NCBI RefSeq assembly: GCF_009834535.1
Contig: NC_045696.1
Coordinates: 85,438,001-85,502,000, forward strand
Length of the DNA: 64,000 nucleotides
Direction: 5' to 3'
Source: Camelus ferus
Lineage: Eukaryota
In this document: piece after piece, positions 1 to 12,670 of the stretch
How the letters are laid out: each line of letters opens with the position of its first letter
Position numbering within the stretch: position 1 is the stretch's first letter
Position numbers and translations under genes: made by a program
Notes under the pieces: generated by a model
The model's input: only the letters and a program-made list of their open reading frames with translations
What the model was told of the DNA's origin: nothing
The model's database searches: none

Positions 1-339
1 TGAAAGAGAGTTATGCATAGGAAATTAGCTTACATTGGACTAGTATCTCTAGGACACAGAGAGAGAGTGGCAGGGAACAAGACTAGGTAACCAGTTGTCT
101 GAAATGAAGGTGTGACGTGTAAAAATCCTTTTTATGCTATTAATGGTGTTATGACCCATCAAAATTTGATCATTAAATTAAATTGACCTCTTTGACTATG
201 GATCCATAAAGAAAAAAATAATTTAATCATTATTTATAGGAAGACCCAAAGTTAAGTTGAATAGTAAATCAAAAATTTAACTGCATAATAATATACTGTC
301 TAATACAAAAATATTAGAACAGAACATAAATTTGTGTAA

Positions 340-770
340 AGAGATTTATTTTAAAAATTGGCTTATGCAATTATGGAAGCTGAGAGGTCTCAAGATCTGC
401 AGTCAGCAAGTTACAGACCTAGAAGAGCTGAGGTGTAGACCAGGCTGAGTCCAAAGGCCTGAGAACCAGTATTGCTGAGGGTAAATGTTTCAGTTCAAAA
501 ACTGGCAGTCTTAAGATCCAAGAAGAGCCAATGATTCAATCTGAATCCAAAGGCTAGAAAGGAACAATGTCCAGCTCAAACAGTCAGGCAGGAGGTGTTT
601 CCTCCCTTTCTCAGCCTTTTTGTTCTATGCAGGTTTTCAACTGATTGGAAAAGGCCCACCAACATTAGGGAGGGCAATCTGTCCTATTCAATCTACTGAT
701 TCAAATGTTAATCTCATCCAGAAGCACCCTCATGACAAACCCAGAATAATTTTATCCCAAATATCTGGGC
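340..770 (-). mobile_element. MLT2-type (ERVL) LTR fragment
   Basis: Reverse-complement MLT2 hallmarks: 'ggcttatgcaattatggaagctgag...ccaaaggcctgagaacc...caaatgttaatctcatccagaagcaccctca'. Same motifs recur at 51778-52239. Confidence 0.8.
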
Positions 771-859
771 TCAATAACATAAGACTTTATTTAAAATTAC
801 GGACAAGTATTTTCACCAACTGTACTATAAATATAAGACAAAGATGTATGTATTTACTA

Positions 860-1412
860 ATTTCTTGAGGTAAATTTTACATACACTTAAATGCATAGAT
901 TTGAAGTGTACAATTCAATGAGCTTTTATAAATGTACACCTGTGAAATCATCACCCCAACAAAGAAGAAGATTTCTATCATTCCAAAAAGTTCACTTGGA
1001 CCTCTTCCAACCAATCTCTCCACTGCTGGGTAATAACTTTTCTAATTTCTATCCTTACAGATGTCCTTTGCCACTTGTTGAAATTCATGTAATGGAAATA
1101 TACAATATGTACTTTTTTTGTGAATGGCTTCTTTTATTTAACATAATGTTCTTGTGATTCATGCAAGTTGTTGTATATATTAGTAGTTCATTTTGTTTTT
1201 AAATACGAAATGGTTTTCCACTGTAAGCATATGAGACGTTTTACTTATACATTTACTAGTGGATGGACATTTGGGTTGTTGTCAGTTTGGGGTCATTAAT
1301 GCAAAAGCTGCTTCTTTGAACCTTTTTATACAAGGCTCCTTGCAGATATATGTTTATATATATCTTGGGTAAATACTAGAATTGCTAGTTCATAAGCTAG
1401 ATATGCATAATT

Positions 1413-1459
<47 letters not shown>

Positions 1460-1620
1460 CTTTAAAAGGAAATACAAAACAGTAAAGTTGTTAATCCATT
1501 TTAAACATCCACTAGCAAAATATGAGCACTATTACACATCTTTACCAAATTTTGATGCTGTCAGTATTTCTAATATTAGTCATTCTACTAGGTGTGAAAT
1601 AGAATCTCATTGTGGTTACA
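860..1620 (-). mobile_element. Old L1 (L1ME/L1MC-like) 3' end, antisense
   Basis: 'gaagtgtacaattcaatgag...ggatggacatttgggttgtt...gtgtgaaatagaatctcattgtggtt' is typical antisense L1 3' UTR/ORF2 tail. Confidence 0.75.
1416..1454. repeat. (TA)n microsatellite
   Basis: Pure TA run, read directly. Confidence 0.95.
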
Positions 1621-2619
1621 CAAAAATTTTCTCAATAAATCAAATAAATGTGCTGACACATTAAGTGTCAAAAAACAGAACTTGCAATACCTAGTGGCAA
1701 ATTCCCTAATTATAAATGTTAGTCTTTTGAGTAAAGAATATAGATCTTGACTATTAAAACTGCAAATTTAAAACTAGTGATAAATTCACTGATAACTTAG
1801 ACTACATATCTGAGGCCTTCAAAATAAGCACTAACTTTTTTTCCTTTTTCTTTCTTTTTTATAGAGTTTGCCATAAATCTCATTTTTTGCTGGATCTTTA
1901 TGATTATGAAAATAAAGTTTTTGAATTTGGTTGTACTTATTAATTGAAAGCAAATACTACTGCAGTATTTTGCTTAATGTTTAATTGGTACATATTTTCT
2001 GACAAATAAAATCACAGATGACTTTTTGTTGAAGGTATTTTCTAATTAAAACACAAAAAAAACAAAAAACTGAAATAATTTATGAACAAGGATGACAGAT
2101 TAGTCTGAATTTTGTCAGACAGGAGTAGGAGAATTACATAGGGCTTTATATGATCTTTAGATTAAATTTTAGCTTCTCAAGTGTTAGCTAGTGTTTACAT
2201 AAAAAAATGCATGCAGATCAGAATTGAACAAGTCAGTTTTTACTTATCTAGTTTAAAATCAATTGAATGACAGCATTCTTACCTGCGGTCCTATAAAGTT
2301 AGGAAGGACTTTGTGACTGATTGAATTCAGACATGCTGTGTTTGACTTGCACAGTGTTTAACATTTTTAAAAATTCCAAATTAAAAAATTTGGATATTTA
2401 ACATAAACACCCTGATCTGGCTCCCTTGAAAGACAGGAAGATCTGATTGGAATGGCAACTATATTCAGGCCAGAAAACAACTGAGGTGGGTAGTGACTTC
2501 CACCTGCAAATGAACAGCATTCCTTTGTCTCTACCTGCCTCAAGCACTCCCATTTCCTCATATTCCAGTTCATTAATTTATGTTACATATCTAGGCCAGT
2601 AAGCACTTGAGTATGAGAC

Positions 2620-2900
2620 CTTCAAGTAGAACATCTCTCAGATTTTACAGATTAGAAATTGAGTCCTAGAGATATTATTATTATTACTAATACTTAATAT
2701 CACTTTTACTCTATATCAGGCACTATTCTAAGATATCAATATCTATTTCCAAATTTAGTCCTCAAATTAACCCTATAGGGTAGTTATCTTTATTATTCCC
2801 ACTTTCAAGTTAAGGAAACTGAGTCACAAATAGCTTAAGAGACTTGTCCATGGTCTCACATTGGGTTTGGTGCTGGAGATAGGTATTATAATTCTCAGAC
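2620..2900 (-). mobile_element. MIR SINE fragments
   Basis: MIR core 'attattcccactttcaagttaaggaaactgagtcaca...gacttgtccatggtc'. Confidence 0.7.
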
Positions 2901-4365
2901 TGTCAGATTGTCATTGACATCTTAGATGTAGTCCTTTCCTCACTGATTTAGCCCTCAGCAGAGAACTGATACATTATGTCCAGCCATGTAAGCTGAGGTC
3001 GGAAGATGACTAAATCTAGGAGATGGGTTATTCAATAATGCAATTTTTAAAAGTCCCAGGAAAAGGCAAGTACACTGTATTTTATTTGTCTAGAAAGAAT
3101 CTCCCATTTCTGATATCAGTCCCACCTTATCTTTTTGACCACAAAGATGCATACATGACTCAGGCTTTTTTTAGACCCAGTTAATGGCCCATATACAAGC
3201 ATCTAACCCAGGAGCTACAGTTCTTTACTGGCATTGATTTCTAGGTGCTGGTGAAGAACAGTTCTCCTTCTGCTTCTTCCTAGGATGCTAAATAGGCAAA
3301 CCTGAATTTGCTGCTGGTAGTGGTCACTTTTTCTCAAAGTAGGGAAAGATCTATCTGCAAGATGTAACCACAGAACTATAGAGAAAAGTAAAGACCAGGA
3401 AGGTGAGGGGTAGGGGGAAGCCATGGAAACCACCATTTCCCCTGTAATTTTGCTTAAGCTATTTTACTTTGGAATTCGGCCATTTGTCATTGCCATAGTC
3501 CTGATTAATAAAGGAGGAAATCAGACAAGCTGAGACTCTTGGGAAAGCAGCTGACAGTCCTAAAGTTAAACTTGTATAAAGCTAAAAAATGTAATTACCA
3601 GTCAAATACAAAGACCTAGAAAGATCTAGTTCAGAAGATTCATGACTAGGGCCCAGATCCAGGAATTCAAAGTAGGGACATCAACCCTGAACTCTGGGCA
3701 CAATGGCTAGAGGAGGATACAGCCCCCATGATATTAACCAATACTAGCTTGTGTCTTGAGATCACAGTTAGCACTTCCCTAAGACATTAGTTACCAAGAG
3801 CTAAAAAGAAGAGCCCACAAATTTTAAAAATCAGAGTGATAGGCTGCTTTCATATCCACCTAGCAACACCACAGCAAATCCACCTTCAGATAACATGAGA
3901 AGATCTGGCGTTGTACTAAGCTACTATCATTCATTTATTTATGAAGTAACTGCCAGTAAACAGCTATACACACTTCTGCAGAATAGCTGGAAAAGGGTAA
4001 CAGCCTGTTATATACTAACATATACTAATGACTGCATATCATTTAAAAAATAAAAACAAAAGTAACATCTTTGACCTCCAGCTTGATTTAAAAAAAAAAA
4101 TTCTCAGAAGTATTATGGAAGGCAGTTGAAAATAAACATCAAATCCCCCTAAACTGGTCTCATTATGGCAAACTCAGTGATATGGCATAAAAGGATCCCT
4201 GCCACTTGCCTCCAAGCTGGTGGTGTGTTTCCAAAACTTAACCTTTTTTCCATCTATTTTAACCCTCGCCACACATAGGTCTCCTAAAAGTCTGATTTTG
4301 ACTCTTAACCATCTTTTCTTGCTTTGATTCTATTGGGTTTTGTGGTCAGTGTTTACTTTAGTTAC

Positions 4366-4437
4366 CTTTCGTACGTGTAGTAAATGTCAACTCCCTACCA
4401 TGCTCTTTCGATTGGGTCATCAGTCCTGTTTCCTTAT
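4366..4437 (-). other. Candidate 72-nt internal exon (phase 1-1), reading xKETGLMTQSKEHGRELTFTTRTK; gene unidentified
   Basis: Minus strand: tttactcaatcttcttccctccttaatAG|ATAAGG...ACGAAAG|GTaact. Length divisible by 3, one open frame, 3 CpGs in CpG-depleted surroundings. Confidence 0.4.
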
Positions 4438-7149
4438 CTATTAAGGAGGGAAGAAGATTGAGTAAATATGAATATAGATTTACAAAACAACAACAACAAC
4501 AACTAAGAACAATACAAAAAAAAATGAAACTGGACCTAAAAATTAGCAAATAAGACAATTTTTCCTCTTTCAGATACAGCTAGGAAATCCGAGAAAGAAA
4601 AATCAAAAGCACACAAATGAAACTATGCAGTGAAGACAATTAATGTTGTTTTTTTTTTTATTTCAAAATAAGCAAAATAAATTCCAGCTGAGAATTGTTC
4701 ACTTAAATTTAAGATTTTTAAGAATTAATAAAAGACCGTCAATGAACTCTTCTTAATGGCTAAAATGCCTCTATTGGCGTTTTGAGTTGTGTTCATTCTC
4801 AGTCCCTCTTAGAGGTTATTGAAGAGAAACAATGTGTCTGCAAGCTTTTAAGAGAACAAAGAGTGTATCTGTCAGTTCTACCCATGATTTTAGGCATTGG
4901 TGCCTCTGATCATCAATTTACTTTAGCTTTGCTCCTGACTCACAAGAATGTTAAGTACTCAAGGGATTAAATTCTAGTCTCTTGAGGTTCTGTACACAAA
5001 TAGGCTGATTTGGTCTAGTAAGCAAATGAGATTTGTTTTACAAGTAGATACCAGCACAATTACTGAAACTAAACACAAATAGAAAGAGGAGAGAGTTGCT
5101 AAGCCAAGAAAAGTGTCAGTGTTTTAGAACAGGGAGATAAAAGACTAATAGGGCATCCCCTATGAATGAGACCAGTATCTGACCAATTCTAGAAGAATGA
5201 CCTTGGCTAAAATCTTCCTAGTGTTTAAGACACTAGATATTTTATGAAATACAGTGATACAACCCTATCTGAACTCCCATTTTCTTTTTTTTTATCCTTA
5301 CAAACAAACCTAGCTATAGCTTAATTCAGCAGTATAGAGATTCCCAGAATTGTTTACAAGTTAAAAAAAAATCTCAAAATGTGAGAGAAACTATCAGAGA
5401 AATATAAACAATTCTTGTTTGTATTTTAATATTTTTTTCAATATCTTGTATTTTTCTAATTCACGCTTACATCCAGGAACTGTTGAAGAGGGAAAAGAAA
5501 TGAAGTTCTATTAATTACCTTGCACATAGATCTCAGCCAAAAGCTAGAAAATTTAATGTTAATTTATTCCACGTATTAGCCTAGTGCAATGTATACTGGA
5601 AAATTTGTAAAATAATATATAATTTTACAATCATGAGGCTTATAAATACAAAAGGAATGTATTTATCAATATGTTATAATGATGCTTATAGAGCAATAAG
5701 TGACATAGTAATAAATGATGAGCCTAATAGCGTCAAAGTAATGTTCAACTTACATATATTTCAAGCAAAATAAAAATTTAAAAAGATCCTTTTTGTATAT
5801 GTTATGATTTTGATGAATTAGAAACTAAGCATATATTGAGGTATTAAATTCTTCTCAATTTTTCCCTGACTTTCATCTAGGAATTGCTGAGTGATTATTT
5901 TTCTTACTGAGAAATGTACAAAATCTGTTTTAGAGCTTCTTATAAAGGAAAACTTTTAAAAATTGTGCAACCGTTTTTTAAACCTCAACCAACAACTATG
6001 CAAATATCTGTGGAAATTTAGCTGGAAACTTATCATCTTTGATGATTTCAATTAGTTGTTCTTATACACTAACAGGCTTTGTTTAATACTTTTTAAGAAA
6101 TATTTTCTTAAAATCTACTTATAGTTTTCTTCTGTTTGAGTTTTGAACAAATTAGAAAATCCTGAATGCCAAGGTTTGATTGTTTTAAATTTAAACATAT
6201 TCTTTAAAGATAACATACTTAACATTTTTTCCAATAAATTTCATGGTGACAGAAAATTCTCCAAAACTGTATAACATGACTTTTTTCCAAAAGCACTTAC
6301 TTTTGCTATTGTTTAAAACTTCACTTTTACATTGAAGGGACAGGTTGTGTTTATGTTTTAGAAAATATTTTCTAGTTATTATACAACAAAACCCACTTTT
6401 CATGATAGATCAGGTTTTAAACAATTTCATATGTAAATTAGTAGCTCACCTTTAAACTCAACAAATTATTTGATACTTTTTCCCAGTACACATCTAAACA
6501 TCTAAATTACCAGCAAACATCTATGTCATCTATGTGTTCAGATTATTTTTATGGTGTTAACTATCTCATTACTAAGAATCGGAATTTTTTTTTTTTTTAC
6601 TATTTAAGATTATAAAATCTATAAATCTATTTAGTGGACAAAATCTACTGAAAGTAAATCAACCCTTTTTTATTGTGGAAAGCTCACCTTCTCTCAGGCC
6701 TACCTTGTTTACTACCTAAGGCTATCATGCTTGATCATCTGATAACTGGCACAAGAAAAAGCACCAGTGTTAATAGCCTGGTAGTATTAAATATTAGTAA
6801 GTATAAATGTGTTCCTTAACTTTAGAGAAGATAAATAGAAATACTAAGATATTATTTTTTAACTCAATGGATTTTCTTACTTGGAGACCATTAAAGTAGA
6901 AAAACAAAGTTCTGGGCTAATGGAAAAAAGAGATACTAGAGAAGAAAGATGAAAGATAATTAAAGAAGTAATAAGGACTGAGCAGAAAAGAGAGTAAGGA
7001 AAAAGAAATCCTGAATATTAGTGGCATTCTCTCAGTACCAGGCTCAACACAACATTCAACTCTAGAATGAAAACTTGATGTATAAATATTGGAAATCAGG
7101 TTTATACTCAAAGAAGGCAGAGATAATCACAATTGAAAAAAAAAAGAAA

Positions 7150-8220
7150 AAAAAAAAGGAAACTTGGTATGTCTCTTACTCTATCACTCTGATTAGATTT
7201 TCTAAGGTTGGATATATGCATATGCAAAATCCAGCATTCAATTTAATTATATCCAGGTATGAGTTCTCTTTCACGTAACATGATGCTTTTGAGATTCATC
7301 CATATTTTTGTATTAGAGTCCTACTGCTGTTGTAACAAATTAGCACAAATTCACCAGATTAAAACAACATAAATGTATTCCTTTACAGTTCTAAGAGTCC
7401 TTTGCCCAAAACAGTCTGAAAGGGCTAAAATCAAGGTATCAGCACAGGTAGTTCCTTCTAGAGTTTCCAGAGGAGTATCCATTCCTTCTTGCTTCCAGTA
7501 TGCACAGGCTACCAGCATTCCCTGTCTCCCGGTTACATCACTCCAATCTCTGCTTTTGGGATCATATCTTCCTTTATTTCTTTCTCTCTCTGATCTTTTG
7601 CCTCTCTCTTGTAAGGACCTCTGTAACTACATCCAGATAATCTAGGGTAATCTCCCCATTCAAGATTCTTCATTTAATTACATCTTCAGAATCTCCTTTG
7701 CCAGATAAGAAAGCATTCAGAGGTATTGACAATTAGAACTTGGCCATCTTTGGGAAAGAGGGAGGGCATTATTCAGTCTACCACACTGCACTTGCCAGTG
7801 GTTTGTTGTGGTTTATTGTTGAGAAGTTTTTCATTATATGAATTTATCTCAATTTGTTCATCCATTCACCTGTGGATGGATATTTATATCTGTCCCAATT
7901 TTTTGGTTATTGTGAAAAAGCTATTGTAAACACTAGTGCATAAGTCATTGTGTGGACATACTGTTTTCATTAATCTTGGATAAGTACTTAAGAGCGAGGT
8001 TCCTGGGTTGCAAGTAAGTATATGTGTCATTTTGTGTGCAGGAACCATATTGTTTCCCATACTGGCCATTTTCCAGTCTCCTCAGCAATCTATGAGCATT
8101 CCACTTGCTCAGCAATTCAAATTCTCAGAGAACTTTTCCTGTCATTTGTTTGTTTGTTTGCCATTCCAGTAGGTATGTGGCTGCACCTCACTTGACCTTT
8201 TAATTAAATTTCTCTAATGG
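7150..8220 (-). mobile_element. Old L1 (L1ME-like) 3' fragment, antisense, split by an MLT1 LTR
   Basis: 'tttgagattcatccat' before the LTR and 'tccattcacctgtggatggatattt...gtgtggacatactgttttcatt' after it. Confidence 0.65.
7309..7785 (-). mobile_element. MLT1 (MaLR) LTR, MLT1C/D-like
   Basis: TG...CA ends; 'tgctgttgtaacaaattagcacaaa...aaaatcaaggtatcagca...ggcattattcagtctaccaca'. Confidence 0.85.
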
Positions 8221-8224
8221 AGCT

Positions 8225-8500
8225 ACTTGCACTCCTTCTTGCAGGATGACATATGCAAAGGAAGCTTGTCTGGAGAAAGCAAAATCAAAAGAGATATGAA
8301 GTAGAGAGATGAAGAGAGTACTCCCAGAGTTTCCAGTCATCTCCAGAGAGACACATGCTTCAGATTCTGAGGTCCATCACTCTACTTCCCTTGATTTTGT
8401 AAAATTCTTAGTGAATTTTAGTGACTTAAGGTCGATTCCTATAATAAACACTGTTTTGTTTGCTTGTATATACTAGTTTGAGTTGCTAATTATGTTTCAC
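8225..8500 (+). mobile_element. Degenerate MLT1-like LTR fragment
   Basis: 'ccagagtttccagtcatc...aataaacactgttttgtttgcttg...tagtttgagttg' resembles an MLT1 3' end. Confidence 0.4.
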
Positions 8501-8569
8501 CAAAATTCCAAATTAAATGCCCAAAGTTTGAAGTTGTAGGGGCTAGATTACCTCAGTATATAAAAGATT

Positions 8570-10855
8570 ATTTTGTTGGGAGATATTTGATTCAACCTCC
8601 TTACTAGTTATAGGTCTAGTCAGATTTTCTATTCATGATTCAGTCTTGGTTGGTTGTATAATTCTAGGAATTTATCAATTTGCTATAGCATCAAAAAGAA
8701 TAAAATACTTAGAAACAAATTCAACCAAGGAAGTGAAAGAGCTGTACATTGAAAGCTACCCAAAATGATTAAATAAATTGAAGACACAAATAAACGGAAA
8801 GCTATTTTATAATTATGGATTGGAAGACTTAATAATGTTAAAATGTCCATACTACCCAAAGTGATCTACAGATGCAATGCAATTCCTATCAAAATTCCAA
8901 TGGCATTTTTCACAAGGAAAAAAACCCTAAAATTTTCCTTGTGGATTCATATTGAAACTCAAAAGACCCTGAATAGTCAAATCATCCTTGAAAAGAAGAA
9001 TAAAACTGGAGGTATCAAATTTCCTGATTTCAAACAATATTATAAAGCTACAGTCATCAAAACAGTATGATATTGGTATTAAAAAAAGACACATAGATCA
9101 AAGGAACAGAACAGAGAATCCAGAAACAAACCCACACATATACGGTCAATTAATGGCTGACAAAGGAGCCAAGAATAAACAATAGGGAAAGAAGAGTCTC
9201 TTCAAGAAAAGGTGTTTTGAAAATTGGATATCTACATGCAAAAGAATGAAATTAGACCCTTATCTTACACCATACACAAAAATCAACTCAAAATTTGTTA
9301 AAGATACAAATGTAATACCTGAAACCATACATCTCCTAGAAGAAAACATAGGGAAAAAGCTCCTTGACATTGGTCTTGGCAATGATATTTTTTGGACTTG
9401 ACACCAAAAGCAAAGGCAACAAAAAGAAAAATAAACAAATGAGGTTACATCAAACTAAAAAGCTTCTGCACAGCAAAAGAAACCATCAACAAAATGAAAA
9501 GGAAATCTATGAAATGGGAGAAAATATTTGCAAAAAAAATTGCAATAAAGGGTTAATATCCAAAATGTACAAGGAACTCTTACAACTCAACAGCAGAAAA
9601 ATAAAATAATCCAATTAAAATTGGGCAAAGACTATTAAATTTAAAAAGCTAGAGATCTAATCTGTTCTTAGAGACAATAATTAGTACATACATGAAAACT
9701 AGAAACAATGTGCAGTATACTGTATATATGTACTTACATGCAATATAATGTGTATGTGCAGTCGAACTGTAATAATTCTACATAATAAAGCTGAAAAGGG
9801 GGAGAAAATAGGCAAATACCCTGAATAGACATTTTTCCAAAGAAGACATGAAAATAGCAAACAGGTACATAAAAAGGTGGTCAATATTATTAATTATCAG
9901 GGAAATGCCTACTCAAAACCACAGTAATATATCACCTCACCCCTGTGAGAATGGCTATCATCAAATCGATAAGCAATTAACAAAAGCTAGCAAAGATGTA
10001 GAGAAAAGGGAACCCTTGTACACTGTTGGTGGAAAAGTAAACTAGTACAGCCACTATGGGAACAGTACGGAGGATCCTCAAGAAATTAAAAATAGAATTA
10101 ACATATGACCTGGCAATCGCACTTCTGGGTATATATTCAAAGGAAACAAAACCATTCTCTTAAAGAGATATCTATATTCCTATGTTCATTGCAACATTAT
10201 TCACAATAGCTAGGGATGGAAACAGTCTAAGTGTCCATCAACTGATGAATAAAGATAATGTGATATATATATACACACACTCACATATATATTTAGTGTA
10301 AATGTAGCATTATTCAGTCTTAAAAAGGAAGAAATCTTGCCATTTGCTGCAGTATGGCTGAACCTAGAGAACACTATGCTAAGTAAAGTAAGTCAGAAAA
10401 ACACTGCATTGTACCACTTATATGTGGAATGTAAAAAAACCAAAATCAAAACCAAAACCAAAACCAAAACCAAAAAAAGAGAAAATGTCAAACTCAGTAG
10501 AAACAGAGAGTAGAATGGTGGTTGCTAGCAGCTGGAGAGTGGTGGAAACTAGCAAGGGGTTGGTAAAAGGTTGCAAGCATTCAGTAACAAGATAAATACG
10601 GTCTGAGATTTAATGGATAACAGGATGACTCTAGTTGATAATAACTGTACTGTATAATTTAAATTTGCTAGAAGAGTAGAACTTAAATGTTCTCATCAAA
10701 AAGGAAAAAAGATAAATATGTGAGGTGATGGATGGAACTTAATTAACTTGATGGTAGAAATCCTTCTACAATGTATATGTATATCCAATCATCATGTTGT
10801 ATGCTTTAAATATATGACAATTTATTAATACACCTTAATAAAGCAGAAAGAAATA
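8570..10855 (+). mobile_element. 5'-truncated L1 (L1MA9/10-like): ORF2 C-terminal part plus 3' UTR, with an inverted 5' segment at ~8570-8680
   Basis: ORF fragments such as [23 protein letters not shown] and KRHIDQRNRTENPETNPHIYGQL match L1 ORF2. L1MA-type 3' UTR ends in aataaag near 10840. Confidence 0.92.
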
Positions 10856-11529
10856 TTAATAAGGTAGTCTGTTCCCTAAATTTCATCCATAAAATATAAT
10901 CCTATTTTACCATTTGATTTTAATGATGTGAACAAAAACTTTAGTCACTAAGAAAGTAATAGGCTATATATTGCAAGACTTTGTTAATGATAATACTTAT
11001 AAAGATAAATTATTTCATAATCTATTGACTGTTTCCCCAGTGGAAGCTGTGAGGAAATCTGGAGCAAATATTGACGCTTTCAAGCAAATAGATTAAAATG
11101 AAATACATTGGAGTAAAGCTTTGTTGAATATGATTTTATACTGAATTATGATGGTTTTAATTTAACTTTATACTTTTCTGTGCTTTTTGCTTGCAACAAA
11201 CATAATAATTTTTAACAATAAAAATAAACATACCCAAATCTACACCTATGCAGACACACACATACACATTCACACACACACACATGCACGCATACACCAG
11301 CTGGTCTGTTATTCCTCTGAAAAATCATTAGCTATTATTACATAAACAAATCTCTAGGGCTGTTCACTCTATAATATGCTACTGAGAGTTGCTCCTATTG
11401 TAAACAAAGCAGTTGAAAATCATCAGTTTGCAATTTTGAGCATCTGCCTTTGTGACTTTGATTTTGGGGGCTCAGATTTCAATCGCCAATTTCTTTATCT
11501 GTCCATGATTTCCTTTTCTTTTAAATTGA

Positions 11530-11640
11530 GGTTTCATAGGTGTATATGTCTATCAAAATTCATCAAATTGTACATTTGAAATATGTGTAGTTTACTGTAC
11601 AGAAATTATACCACAATAAAAGTGTTTAAAAAATAAATAG
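11530..11640 (+). mobile_element. Old L1 3' terminal fragment
   Basis: 'caaaattcatcaaattgtacatttgaaatatgtgtagttt...aataaaag'. Confidence 0.6.
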
Positions 11641-12229
11641 ATAAATTGAGCTATGGCTTGCATCATTTAGCAAGATGCACAAACCACAAATGAATATTTA
11701 AATAGATTTTTATATACTTATTCATATGCCCTTATTAACCACAAGCCACATTTTAGAATATTTCCAGCTTCCTATCTGGCTCCCTCGCACTCTTTACCAG
11801 TCGACACCACCACTTCACTCCTGAGATAATGGTCATGACATTTTAATACACATTGTCTCTTTCCATAAGCATAAAACTTTTCTTATAATTGCCTCATGTC
11901 TGGCTGTTCAAGTAAATGACTGCTTTTTAAGTTGCTTTCAGACTTTAGCATTCAAATGAATTCTGTATACTTCACATAGTACATAATTTAATTCTTACCA
12001 TTCCAAACATATTCACTAAATTTGATAAGAATTTAGGTTCATTTTTCAATGTTGTTGGATGACTGCTTTCTCTTTTAAAGGTGTCCTTGAGCTCCAAAAA
12101 CCCAAAATGGAGTATGCTAATACCCAGTTTTGAAGACAGCCCCTCCTAATCATACTGTCCAAACATGGTAACAATATATCTAGCTGATTTCTAATGAGGT
12201 GATAACAGATAAAAAGGCTGAAATTTAGA

Positions 12230-12670
12230 CATGATATATGTTAATTTATATTATATCTATACTATCTGTAGAACAGATGTCAATCCAAAAAGGACAAATT
12301 CTTACAGAGAAGTTGAAGATGGTAATGAGATAATAAAAGGATTTAGAGTAGAAGAGAAAAAGCTGAGGTGTAACTTAATAATGATTTCATAAATACGAAT
12401 ATTATCAGTACAAGACGGAGAAAGTTTGTTCTTTACCTCTAATGGAGCCAGAGCCCAAATCATCATCATCATCTGAAACTGAAACATGAACATTTTATGT
12501 TAGGAGTAATTAAACATTTTTCACAGTAAGAATAGTTAAATATATAGAACTTTTCTTTCTAGAGGTCTATATAAGTAAAAAAGACACCAATCTGTCAGAG
12601 ATGATTTACTTGCAGTACTTTCTGGAAACTGAATTAATAACCTCTAAAAAACCCTTTTTATCCCTAGGAC
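12230..12670 (+). mobile_element. L3/CR1 LINE 3' fragment
   Basis: 'gaagagaaaaagctgaggtgtaacttaataatgatttcataaatac' and 'taggagtaattaaacatttttcacagtaag...acctctaaaaacccttttta' follow the order of the CR1/L3 3' region. Confidence 0.55.

Noticed and set aside
4400..4445. IDKETGL resembling a cadherin-repeat motif
   Set aside because: The motif spans the predicted splice acceptor and no other cadherin residues (DRE, DxND) are present.
8843..10045. Several 60-80 aa ORFs with real protein similarity
   Set aside because: Frameshifted fragments of L1 ORF2, not host genes.
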